From an uncultured SAR324 cluster bacterium (GTDB taxonomy: Bacteria; SAR324; NAC60-12), in NCBI GenBank assembly GCA_905182865.1, contig CAJJCY010000002.1, positions 131,040 through 195,039 on the forward strand: a DNA stretch of 64,000 bases. Reading direction: 5' to 3'. The notes below the pieces were generated by a model. It made no database searches, was not told where the DNA came from, and saw only the letters and a program-made list of their open reading frames with translations. A program made the translations under genes and the position numbers. Below, piece after piece: positions 40,783-50,106 of this stretch; positions within the stretch are counted from its first letter, which is position 1, and every line of letters starts with the position of its first letter.

Positions 40783-41608
40783 ATAAATCTTTTGAAGCTG
40801 GTTTACACACGGAACAACTCCGTGGACGGACGCAGCAGACTTTTTTTTCGGCAACTGAAGAAGAAAACTTCACTTATCCCTACAATGCGTTTGAGGTTGA
40901 TCGCGCTAAAAAGGGGGAGTTTGATGCCCAGGACCTGGAAACTTCCGAAATAAATTTAAAAATTCGCTCACTGATGGAGGAGGGGTGCGGGCACATAGTG
41001 GTCAAGAATCCTCGCGCCAAGCATTCAATCGGTGTTGGTATACTAAATCGTCTGACCCTTGACTTTGAAGGTAGTCTCGGCTATTTCGGCTGTGGTTTGA
41101 TTGACGGACCGAACATCCATATTTCAGGTAGGGTGGGTTGGTCTTTCGGTGAGAACATGATGGCGGGAACAGTTGTTATTGAAAAGAATGCTGGTTCAAC
41201 ATTCGGGGCCGCGATCCGTGGAGGAGACCTTGTCTGCAAAGGCGACGTCGGTTCACGTACCGGAATTGACATGAAAGGTGGAACCATCATTGTTGGTGGT
41301 AGACAGGCGCGTTTTCTGGATTCATGATGCAGCGTGGACGTATGCTGATTCTAGGTGACGCCGGTGCCAATTTAGGCGATTCAATGTATGACGGCACAAT
41401 CTATGTCGGAGGTAAAATAGCTTCTCTGGGTGTAGACGCGGTTCCGGGTGAGATGACAGATCTGGAAGCAGACTGGATTGAACGTAAGCTTGAGCTCTAT
41501 GGAATGAAAGCGCCCAAAGGTGTGAAGAATTTGCAGAAGATTGTCGCCGGAAAGCAACTTTGGAATTACGATAACTTAGAACCGCATGAAAAGAAGATTA
41601 TACTTTAA
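40770..41608 (+). CDS. mgsB: GXGXG-motif subunit (MgsB-like / GltB C-terminal-domain homolog), set 2, frame-disrupted
   Basis: ORF 40770-41327 (..VKNPRAKHSIGVG..FEGSLGYFGCG..ISGRVGWSFGE..IEKNAGSTFGA..CKGDVGSRTG..) and ORF 41324-41608 (..ILGDAGANLGDSMYDGTIYVGG..) have frames differing by 2, with the shift at about 41300-41330. The gene overlaps the mgsA2 end by 13 nt. Confidence 0.8.
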
Positions 41609-41668
41609 GTTTAACATATTTGGAAACGGGCAGATCCGTATTCTTTAATTTTCAAGCAGAGAAAAACA

Positions 41669-43000
41669 ATGGCTAGAAACAAATCTATCCTCGGTAAGAG
41701 CTTCATTTTTAAACCCGAGGTAATCGATGACATACATATCAAGTCAGAATTGGGACGCTACAGGATGCGTGGTTTCTCACTTTTCAAAAAAATTCCTACT
41801 TGGGATGACTTGACCTTCCTGCCGGGAACGTTGACGCGTTTCGTAATTGAAGGATACAGGGAAAAATGTCTAACAAAAACGATTATTGGCCCCAAAGCTA
41901 AGCGGCCTCTGGAACTGGATATTCCAGTCTATATTACAGGTATGAGCTTTGGAGCTCTAAGTTATGAGGCAAAGACTGCTTTGGCAAGAGGTGCAACAAT
42001 GGCTGGAAGTGCTACATGTTCTGGTGAAGGTGGAATGATTCCTGATGAACGTCGTTATTCATCAAAGTGGCTATACCAGTGTATTCAGTCACGTTACGGT
42101 TTTAACCCACATCACTTGAGACTTGCGGATTGTTGTGAATTTTTTATTGGGCAGGGTTGTAAGGTTGGTTTAGGTGGACACCTAATGGGTCAAAAAGTTA
42201 CCGATCAGGTTGCTGAAATGAGATCACTACCATCTGGTATTGATCAAAGATCTCCAGCAAGACATCCTGACTGGCTCGGTCCAGATGATTTGTCCTTAAA
42301 AATAAAAGAAATCCGGGAAGCGACTGACAGTCAAATTCCGATTCAGCTCAAGCTGGGTGCAGCACGTGTCTATGATGATGTTCGTATGGCACTCAAGACA
42401 AATCCTGACAGCATCTACATTGACGGTATGGAAGGTGGCACTGGCGCCGGACCTCATTTAGCAACTGAAGAAACTGGAGTTCCTGGAATAGCTGCCATAC
42501 GACAGGCACGAAAGGCTTTTGATGATTTGGGCTTGTCCGGAGAAATTTCATTGGTTTATGCCGGAGGCATCCGCAACGGTGCGGATGTAGCGAAAGCACT
42601 AGCTTTGGGAGCTGACGCGGTAGCGATAGGCTTTTCTGCTATGATGGCCTTGAACTGTAACAAAGATATTCCTGAAGCTAACTTTGAAAAAGAGATGGGT
42701 GTTAAAGCTGGTGACTGTTATCACTGTCATACTGGTCGCTGCCCAGTAGGTGTTGCAACTCAGGATCCAGAATTACGAAAACGGCTTGATCCTGACGAAG
42801 CGGCGGAGCGTGTATACAACTTTCTACACTGCTTGACCATCGAAGCCCAAATGTTCGCACGTGCCTGCGGAAAAACGGACGTCCATTCTCTGGAACCGGA
42901 AGATCTTGCGGCACTGACTATGGAAGCTTCGGCTTTGGCACAGGTTCCGTTGGCAGGTTCACAACATACTGTGGGCCGACCGGACATGACACGTTACTGA
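41669..43000 (+). CDS. mgsC: FMN-binding glutamate-synthase-domain-2 subunit (MgsC-like), set 2, intact, retains a three-Cys cluster motif
   Basis: 443 aa with ..ITGMSFGALSYEAKTALARGATMAGSATCSGEGG..GQGCKVGLGG..YAGGIRNGADVAKALALGADAV.. and GDCYHCHTGRCPVGVATQDPELRKRLDP (Cys350/353/358, nt 42716-42742). Confidence 0.8.
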   Translation: MARNKSILGKSFIFKPEVIDDIHIKSELGRYRMRGFSLFKKIPTWDDLTFLPGTLTRFVIEGYREKCLTKTIIGPKAKRPLELDIPVYITGMSFGALSYEAKTALARGATMAGSATCSGEGGMIPDERRYSSKWLYQCIQSRYGFNPHHLRLADCCEFFIGQGCKVGLGGHLMGQKVTDQVAEMRSLPSGIDQRSPARHPDWLGPDDLSLKIKEIREATDSQIPIQLKLGAARVYDDVRMALKTNPDSIYIDGMEGGTGAGPHLATEETGVPGIAAIRQARKAFDDLGLSGEISLVYAGGIRNGADVAKALALGADAVAIGFSAMMALNCNKDIPEANFEKEMGVKAGDCYHCHTGRCPVGVATQDPELRKRLDPDEAAERVYNFLHCLTIEAQMFARACGKTDVHSLEPEDLAALTMEASALAQVPLAGSQHTVGRPDMTRY

Positions 43001-43097
43001 ATATTTATTGAATAAGATCGAACTGATATAATAGTAAATGATCAATTCTTTCTGCAAAAATATTAAAATTTGAACTCCTTCTATAATAAGGTAAAAT

Positions 43098-43475
43098 ATG
43101 AGTAAAATAGATGAACTCGTTCCTGAAGATTTAGGAACGAACCGGGAAAAGGAGATTGGCCAGCACATCGGCTACCGCTATGATGTAAACCTAGTTCCTG
43201 ACCTTAAATTTATAACTCCCTTTTTGCAAAAATATATTGACAAAATGGGCTGGAAAGATCTTAACTGGCTGGAAGACGTCCACTTGGGTTACGAGGAGGA
43301 TCGTGCTGCCGTATTTGATAGAAATTCCAACGGCTGGGTAACAGTACCAGAAGAAATGGAACTGCCAGATAACCAACAGGACCGTGACATGATCGCGCGT
43401 GAATTATTAATCAAATTCCAGATGTCAAAACGCCATCCAATGGTTGTTTTAAGAGACAACTACGGTAAATTCTAG
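43098..43475 (+). CDS. hypothetical protein (125 aa)
   Basis: ORF 98 nt downstream of mgsC2 on the same strand. Hydrophilic, with no recognisable motif. Confidence 0.4.
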   Translation: MSKIDELVPEDLGTNREKEIGQHIGYRYDVNLVPDLKFITPFLQKYIDKMGWKDLNWLEDVHLGYEEDRAAVFDRNSNGWVTVPEEMELPDNQQDRDMIARELLIKFQMSKRHPMVVLRDNYGKF

Positions 43476-43608
43476 ACAATTCAGAAGATTGATCTTAATT
43501 TTCAGACAGCCAGCCATAGTATAAATCCGGATGCTGCTTATTTACCAGACCAAAATCTGCTCAAATTTTGAAAAAGGGAACTCGGTTGAATGAATTTAAA
43601 GAATTATT

Positions 43609-44205
43609 TTAGATCGAGGCGGGGTCAGCACTTGCTTCAGACCAATCTGGCTCAAAACCTAGAACCTTGACTTCAGGTGAAAGATAAGGATTGAAAAGCA
43701 GATTGTGCCAGTAAGTAAACTCATACCCCTGTTTATCTTTTGAAAACTCTCCAATACTGCATGGAATGTTAAAACTTTGCCGTTGGTAGTCGAACTCCAG
43801 CACACATCGTTCATTCTTTTGCAGTGTCTTTGCTATTCTGGAATCATTTGAAAAAAGACCGCTCATCAGGCCGCTAAAATCCTCAATATGCTGATAGAAA
43901 GTAGATGAAAGCAACTGCATCGCTTTTTTGTATCTTTCCTGCGGGTCATGGGTCTTTTGTGACATGAAACGGAATTGATGGATACTTTCCAAGGGCTGAG
44001 CCGGAACAAGCAACAACGTTAAAGCTGAAGACACCTCTTCTCCATTTTCCATAAAAACATTCGGTCTCATACCGGATGTGGGCCGCCCCTCACCATTTCG
44101 CATTGCATACTGCCGTACCCTGCACTGCCAGCCTATAAAATGATTTTGAATCGGCAGTCGTTCATATTTCTGGTTGGAGTCACTTTCTATAGTTTCTGTT
44201 TCCAT
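43609..44205 (-). CDS. hypothetical protein (198 aa), downstream partner of the FAD oxidoreductase
   Basis: ORF beginning 46 nt downstream of the oxidoreductase gene on the same strand. No recognisable motif. Confidence 0.45.
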   Translation of the reverse strand: METETIESDSNQKYERLPIQNHFIGWQCRVRQYAMRNGEGRPTSGMRPNVFMENGEEVSSALTLLLVPAQPLESIHQFRFMSQKTHDPQERYKKAMQLLSSTFYQHIEDFSGLMSGLFSNDSRIAKTLQKNERCVLEFDYQRQSFNIPCSIGEFSKDKQGYEFTYWHNLLFNPYLSPEVKVLGFEPDWSEASADPASI

Positions 44206-44251
44206 AAAAATATTTGCACTTTCTCTTTAATTTAGTGGAAAGAGAATCAGA

Positions 44252-45574
44252 TTAACTCCAAGGGAAAGGACTTTTTGAGACAGGATGAAGTTTGCCCTCC
44301 TCAAAACGTGAAAAACTAAACGGCTCCAGTAGTTTACTTTTTTCACCCATAATTGTCCCAGCAACAAGTTTACCTACTCCGAGCATTTTGTAGCCGTGAT
44401 TTGAATCCGCAATCACATAGCAGTTTTCGTGATATTCATCAAATACGGGAAAACTGTCTGGAGCAAGTGCACCCAATCCTCCTGAAGGTTCTCCACGGTA
44501 AAGATCTCTTTTACCTTCAAAACGTTTCTGGCAGAATGCTAAGGCGGCACACCACATGTCAACAAAGTCTTTGCCTACCACAAAGTCTGGAGATTCTGGA
44601 CCATAGGGATCAAGACTGAAATCTTCTCCTGTTGTGTCCACAATATATGGAGCTGCTCCTCCCTGTACTCCATCAAAGCTGAAATCTGGCTTGTAATAAA
44701 TACCCCACATTTTATCGGTAATCAAGCGTCCGTCTATATCTGAATAAAGCGGAGCATCAGTATCAACGTGAATCACTGGCGGGCTATTGCCATCGTTGGT
44801 TTTGAGCATATTTGGATCAACACCAAGTGTTCCTTCCTGGAGACAGTAGTAGCGCCACATTTCTACATTGTCATGAACAGTATCGCCATCCTTTACTTTG
44901 ATTGTCTTTGGAAGTCCTAACATATCCCAGAAGGTATTTATCCATGGACCAACCCCGACTACTACATAATCAGTTTTGATAGTTCCACGATTTGTGACTA
45001 CTGCAGATATTGCTTTAAAGCAAGATCCAGCGTATTTAGAAATTTCTAAACGTTTTCACTCACTTTCAGCTTTTGCCGCAAGACCTTGCATAGCTTTCTT
45101 ATTGTTGGAAAAGCCACCCTTTTTTTCATGTAAAACTGAGGTTATACCTTTTGCCTGCCAGTCATCAAATAAGCCACGCATATATTTCATAGAATCCGCA
45201 GCACCCTCGATAAACTCAGAAGGGTAGCCAATTGCCTTCTGTTGTTCGTAGATCGTGGCAATATTAGCCTGCATAACTTCCGGACTTATTTGCATGTAAC
45301 CAACCGCGTGATAACTGTAAGCTTTTGGGTCACTCTCCCATACATCAACGCTGTGCGACATCAATTCACGCATCGCAGGTTGGAAATAATTGTTGCGAAC
45401 AACTCCACAAGCAATTCCGGACGCGCCTGCTGCTATCCCTGATTTGTCTATTACCAGAATATCTTTACCACTTCCGAGACCTCGATTTTTCAATTCAAGT
45501 GCTAAATGGTAAGCAGTGCTAAGACCATGAATTCCTGCGCCAATTATCAGGTATTTTGTAGAACTAGCTAACAT
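44252..45574 (-). CDS. FAD-dependent oxidoreductase (DAO / sarcosine-oxidase-beta-like family) interrupted by a single in-frame TGA
   Basis: The N-terminal dinucleotide motif is YLIIGAGIHGLSTAYHLA. ORFs 45056-45574 and 44252-44923 are in the same frame (a span of 1323 nt, or 441 codons). Hand translation of 44924-45055 is open (KRLEISKYAGSCFKAISAVVTNRGTIKTDYVVVGVGPWINTFWD). The only interruption is the TGA at 45056-45058. Confidence 0.75.
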
Positions 45575-46156
45575 ATGATTAACCTTCTAAAGACTGTTAA
45601 GATGAAATGAAACAAAACTAAATTAATATAGGATGATTAATTTTGAATTATTGCATTTTAAAGAACAAGTTCTATTAACGTTTTAATCAGTAAACTGTTA
45701 TTTATTCACAGCTTTTCTGCTCCTCCCAAGACAGAGGACCGCGTTAACTTAAGGAGCACACGTAAAAATGGTATCTTCCATATCGTTCTTGGTTCAGTTG
45801 TCTGGGATCAACCTCTTCCAAAGCTTTTAATGCTGATTTCTCATCTGCATCTAAATATGTGTTATCAGCCAGTTCCATTTCTAGAGTGATAATAACTCCA
45901 TAAGGATTTCACCCACACTTGGTAATCTGAAAATTTTGTCTGGGAGAGGTGTTGGCGGAAGAGCACTGCGCAGAGTTGTACCTGCATTTATGAACAGCTC
46001 TATTATTGTGGCAGAATAATGAGGTTATACTGAATTCCGTTGGAAATCCCTAAGAACTAAAGGCAAAAAACCTGACAGTAGCGAAATACAAAGAAAGGTT
46101 AAAAGAATTATTTCCAATTGTGAAATTTAACTGAATACGGACTTTATGTCACAATT

Positions 46157-47712
46157 TCAGAAAGAATAACGAGCCTCAAAGAAAATACGGTCGTTTTCAT
46201 TTAAACTCTGGAAATAATCATTTCCTCCAGGCTGATAGAGCATCGCACCCCCGGTGACTGAAAACGCGTCCATCACATCATATTCGAGAGACATGCGGTT
46301 AAGTCCACCGTCCTGACCACTTTTGCCGATCATCATCCCGAACAAGTTCAGGTGCATGGTCTGGTTAATGTAATCTTGCATAAAACTGACTGTGGTGGCA
46401 ATTCTATCTTCCAGTTGAGAGTCAGGTGATTCTTCCAATTTTATATCAAAATCATTAAGGTGCTGTACTCCAAATTCAAGTGTCAGTGAAGTGTCGCTCC
46501 ATCCAGAATACTCTGAACCCACTAGAACATCAGTCCGTGAAAAAAGTTTATCTGTCACTAGCGCAAATTCCATCCCCTGCAATTTTGCAGCTTCCGCTTT
46601 CCAGAGGAAATTTCCGGAAGGAATACTAAGAGTCGCTCCGCCCATTGTTAAACGGCTGTGTCGCTGCTCAAGTGTTGGTACAGCTCCTATTCCTGGAATG
46701 ATAGTTACTTTGGTAATTTTAATATGGGGCGTATCGTCGAAATACTGCGCCCAATGTAAAGACGCATCCCAACCGCTGAATGATCCAAAAACAGCCAAAC
46801 CGTATTCAGTATTTTCCGTAGAACTTTCCGGAATAACTTCATTTATTTTCTGAGTGACGGATTAAAATCGCTGCCAATAGGTGCGGATTTGTTGAATTTT
46901 ATTTCATGTACAGCGACTGCTTCCAGTTTTAAATCACCGATGTAGTAGTCAAGTTTTGTCATGGCAATCGGCAGTCGGACGTCTTCCAGATCCGTCATCC
47001 CGAATTCCCGGCTGTCTGTGGGATTGAGCACATCCACGACACGCAAACTGTTTGCGACTCCCCAGGCCACAATCTGCTTTCCGAGTTTGATATCCAAACT
47101 TCCAAACGGACTGCCTTCCAAATAAATTTCCCGAAGTTCAACTTCCTTTTCCAACTCATTCAGCACTTCCTCCGAAAAAGTTTCTCTGTCTTTCATGCCG
47201 TAAGCTAAATCGTAAAATGCTTTTCCAGAAATCCGTGTTTTCCAGTTTTCACCGAGTTTTGCGTCCCACGTTAAGGAAAAGTAAGGCCGGAGTTTGGTCA
47301 TACCGCTCCAATCTGCTTGTGTCTTGTCGGCAGGCGCGTCTTTTGCGTAACTGTAACTTGTGCTCAATCCGTGCACTTCCGGACAAAGTTACTCCAAGGC
47401 TCTGCTTCCAGCTTTCCTCTTCACCGTAGCAGTCTCAGTTTCTTCTTCAGGTATAGGTTTTCGTTCGCTCTCGTCATCAAATCCTGAAAGCGCTTCATCT
47501 TCATCTGAACCTTCATCATCAAATCCGGACAACACATCTTCCAATCCATCGTCTTCTGAAGTCTCCTGTGCCAATATCACATCCGGAATTCCGAGGACAA
47601 AGATCAAAACAAAAAAATAGGGTATTATGAAGAACACCAATCCCGAAAAAGAATTCGGATCTACCCTTTCAAACTTTGAAATTTTAAAACTTTGAAACTC
47701 GGTCATTATCAT
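46157..47712 (-). pseudogene. predicted outer-membrane beta-barrel protein (DUF1302-like), one in-frame TAA plus one frameshift
   Basis: Fragments are 47389-47712 (signal anchor plus an acidic GFDDE repeat region), 46843-47376 and 46157-46798 (ending ..FFEARYSF, a typical barrel terminal Phe). The first two fragments share a frame and are separated by the TAA at 47389-47391. The last junction is a frameshift at about 46800-46850. Confidence 0.5.
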
Positions 47713-48536
47713 AAACCTTTCTCAAGCCTACGTATTGAGAACAAATCCTCATTCACTTCATCCTGATTAAAGTGTATATTTTTTTGTTTCATGATGGTTT
47801 TATGCAGGATTTTTTTGCCGGATTTTGTGGTCACATGCATTTCGGTTGAAACCCATATTCCATCAATTTTATCTAACTTGCGAACATCCAGATACTTGTT
47901 GCGCTTCTTTTTGTGAACCCAGCGTACTCCTCGAATCATGACATAATTATCCTGACGTATGAAAACCACGGACTTGCTGTAACCGCTTTTCTTTGCTTCA
48001 GCTTTGGTTTTTGGAACAGCCTTGATTTGCCAGACTTTTTGCCCCTTGACCTCTGTTTCTTTCATCAAAGTATAATCATATAGGTCTAGGTCGGGAGAAG
48101 TCATATCGGAATAATTCAAATCGGACCCCATAAAACTGCCGCTTTTGTCTCCTGCTGCAATGCGTTTTGTTTTACGCAGTGCCGGAAGAAAAAGCCACTG
48201 GTCATCATCCTTACCGGATTCATCATAATCAAAAGTCAGAAATCCGGTATTTCTGACGTCTGCAGGAGAGAGGAAAAACATTAAGCTCAGAGATTTTTTT
48301 CCTTTCTCAAGTCCAAAAGTTTTAAGTTTTCGGACACGTTTTTTCCCTTTTTTATTTATTAAAATCATTTCCATTTCAGTAATTGAGCGGTCACCTGTGT
48401 CACGGGCATTGACTTTTTCCATGATTTCACGACCAGTGAGGGCCATAACTTTTTTCGGCAGAACAAATACACCCGAAAAAAGAGTTGCGAAAATTGAAAT
48501 ACTGATGATATTTGATACTAATTTATTAAATTTCAT
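47709..48536 (-). CDS. LolA-like outer-membrane lipoprotein-sorting family protein
   Basis: 275 aa with a signal peptide and the pattern ..GREIMEKVNARDTGDRSITEMEMILINKKGKKRVRKLKTF..FLSPADVRNTGFLTFDY..DDQWLFLPALRKTKRIA..GSFMGSDLNYSDM.. . Its stop overlaps the start of the downstream barrel gene (ATGA). Confidence 0.6.
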   Translation of the reverse strand: MKFNKLVSNIISISIFATLFSGVFVLPKKVMALTGREIMEKVNARDTGDRSITEMEMILINKKGKKRVRKLKTFGLEKGKKSLSLMFFLSPADVRNTGFLTFDYDESGKDDDQWLFLPALRKTKRIAAGDKSGSFMGSDLNYSDMTSPDLDLYDYTLMKETEVKGQKVWQIKAVPKTKAEAKKSGYSKSVVFIRQDNYVMIRGVRWVHKKKRNKYLDVRKLDKIDGIWVSTEMHVTTKSGKKILHKTIMKQKNIHFNQDEVNEDLFSIRRLEKGL

Positions 48537-48941
48537 GGTGTCTCCTTTTAATTGTCAGTAGTCTTATTCAGGTAAATCAAAGTCATCTATGCCGGAGCTA
48601 ACATTATATCGGCCAGTAAAGCCATGATGATTGTGAATTTTGTAATTAAACCAAATTAATTTAAATTTTTCAAGGTTGCCTGTGTGTATACGAAAAATCC
48701 AATTGACAAGGCAACCGTGGTGAACAACATTGCACCTCCTGATGTGTGAAGCGTGTTTGTAAATGCTTCAGAAACATTCCAGGAATCGTGAAAATAGCGC
48801 CAAAAATTGTGCAGAAAATGCACCGTATCACTTTAGGATGGTGAAGATCTGTATGCCAGTTTAATAATATTTTAATGCTTGAATAGATACTTGGAAGGTG
48901 GGGGGACACAAGTTTCCCCCCTTAGATAAGGTTAGGTTTGT

Positions 48942-49355
48942 TTATTCACCACCTTTCGGTTTACGTAAGATATAATATACAACACTGAAAACGAGGAAAA
49001 CTATTCCTCCAATGGTCTGTCTTGAAAAGGCAGCTGGTTCCATCCCTTCCGGCCAAGTTAATAATCTAGCTGCCAAAACACCGTGAAGTCCATAGAGTAG
49101 CCAGGCAATAGCAAAATAGGTCATGGCTTTCTCAACGTTTTCTTCAGTTACAGTTGCCCTGATGTGCCAACCAAGAATAGCAACTACCCAGGCGGAGACA
49201 CCGAACAGCATTATAGTACTCATAACAACCGGATTAACAAATTCTTCCGGCGTACCATAGGTGCTCATAATGCTTCCTGGAGCAAAAATAGCCCAAATTC
49301 CATAAATAACTGAAATAACAATCGTAAACATCATCAGGTTCTTTTGAGTATTCAT
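48942..49355 (-). CDS. small integral membrane protein (4 predicted TM)
   Basis: 137-aa hydrophobic ORF with no recognisable family. Confidence 0.45.
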   Translation of the reverse strand: MNTQKNLMMFTIVISVIYGIWAIFAPGSIMSTYGTPEEFVNPVVMSTIMLFGVSAWVVAILGWHIRATVTEENVEKAMTYFAIAWLLYGLHGVLAARLLTWPEGMEPAAFSRQTIGGIVFLVFSVVYYILRKPKGGE

Positions 49356-49483
49356 AAGCCTCCTTTATTTTTGATAAAAGTATTAATGATTAATGATAGA
49401 AGCCGTCAACTTTTTTGTCGGTTTTTAAGTATCTGAAAGGGGCCGATCTACTAGACCGACCGCTTACAGTAAATTCACAGAAT

Positions 49484-49810
49484 TCAGGAACCAGGTGGGC
49501 TGTAATCCACTGAGCCAGCTCCTTTTATGGCCTCAAGGCCTTCTTCGGCCGTCATCAGGACGGTGGTCTGGATTTTTGAAATTGCTCCTCCCGAAGCAGT
49601 AGCAATTAGTGCAGACGCTGCACTTACGTTATCCGGACCCTGCAGAATCAGGCAAAGGTCAAACTCGCCAAACGAGTAGTATCCCGAAAGGAATTTAATT
49701 CCTTTCGAGGCAAACATCTTCCCTACCTGCTCAATCCTGTTCTGAGGATTCTTGATCTGGGCTGCCCATGAACCGGACGAGTATGATGCCTGAACTAAAT
49801 AATGCGCCAT
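49484..49810 (-). CDS. GYD-domain protein
   Basis: 108 aa. The MAHYLVQASYS..GIKFLSGYYSFGEFDLCLI pattern is typical of the GYD family. A GGAGG RBS lies upstream. Confidence 0.6.
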   Translation of the reverse strand: MAHYLVQASYSSGSWAAQIKNPQNRIEQVGKMFASKGIKFLSGYYSFGEFDLCLILQGPDNVSAASALIATASGGAISKIQTTVLMTAEEGLEAIKGAGSVDYSPPGS

Positions 49811-49844
49811 ATTACCTCCTTTATTAGTTAAGAGAGAAATAAAC

Positions 49845-49906
49845 GAAAGCCACTGAGTTCATACCTCACAGACAAGTGTCAGATTAAGGTATCGCTGACG
49901 GCTTTC
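49845..49906 (-). promoter_or_regulatory. 62-nt nested hairpin between the gld-like ABC operon and the GYD gene (possible terminator or leader)
   Basis: The outer helix is GAAAGCC/GGCTTTC (49845-49851 / 49900-49906). The inner helix is ATACCT/AGGTAT (49861-49866 / 49887-49892). On the minus strand it is followed by GTTTATTTCTCTCTT and ends 34 nt before the GYD ATG. Confidence 0.3.
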
Positions 49907-50030
49907 ATGGGAGATCTACCACAGCATTTCAGCTATGAAAGATAGTTAGCGGTGTATTATAGACCTGAAATTTAACTAGTCAAGAAAAAATTTTAAATTC
50001 ACTTATAACCAGTAATTCAACCACAATATT

Positions 50031-50069
50031 CTGGATTCCTGGCAAAGCTATGCTTTGTCCGGAATGACA
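50031..50069. repeat. short palindromic repeat CTGGATTCC...CCGGAATGACA, copy 1
   Basis: The sequence is ctggattcctggcaaagctatgctttgtccggaatgaca. It folds as ATTCC-t-GGCAAAGC / GCTTTGtCC-GGAAT, about 13 bp with bulges. A related copy lies at 60027-60064. Confidence 0.6.
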
Positions 50070-50106
50070 ATTATGCTTTTTCTATGAAATAGCTAGAAGA
50101 TACAAA

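Noticed and set aside
45056-45058. Selenocysteine decoding of the in-frame TGA in the FAD oxidoreductase
   Set aside because: The downstream palindromes are AU-only or far from the codon. They do not resemble a bacterial SECIS, which has a GC-supported stem with an apical G/U loop about 15-25 nt after the UGA. The family has no known Sec members, and the aligned position is expected to be Gly. I keep it only as a low-probability alternative in the finding.
45700-46030. Possible toxin-antitoxin remnant in the 580-nt gap: minus-strand 44-aa ORF MELADNTYLDADEKSALKALEE.. and an upstream open stretch, plus a plus-strand 20-aa ORF with an AAGGAG box
   Set aside because: They are too short and have no diagnostic motif I can name with confidence. 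They may be debris of a decayed gene, but I cannot support that from the sequence alone.
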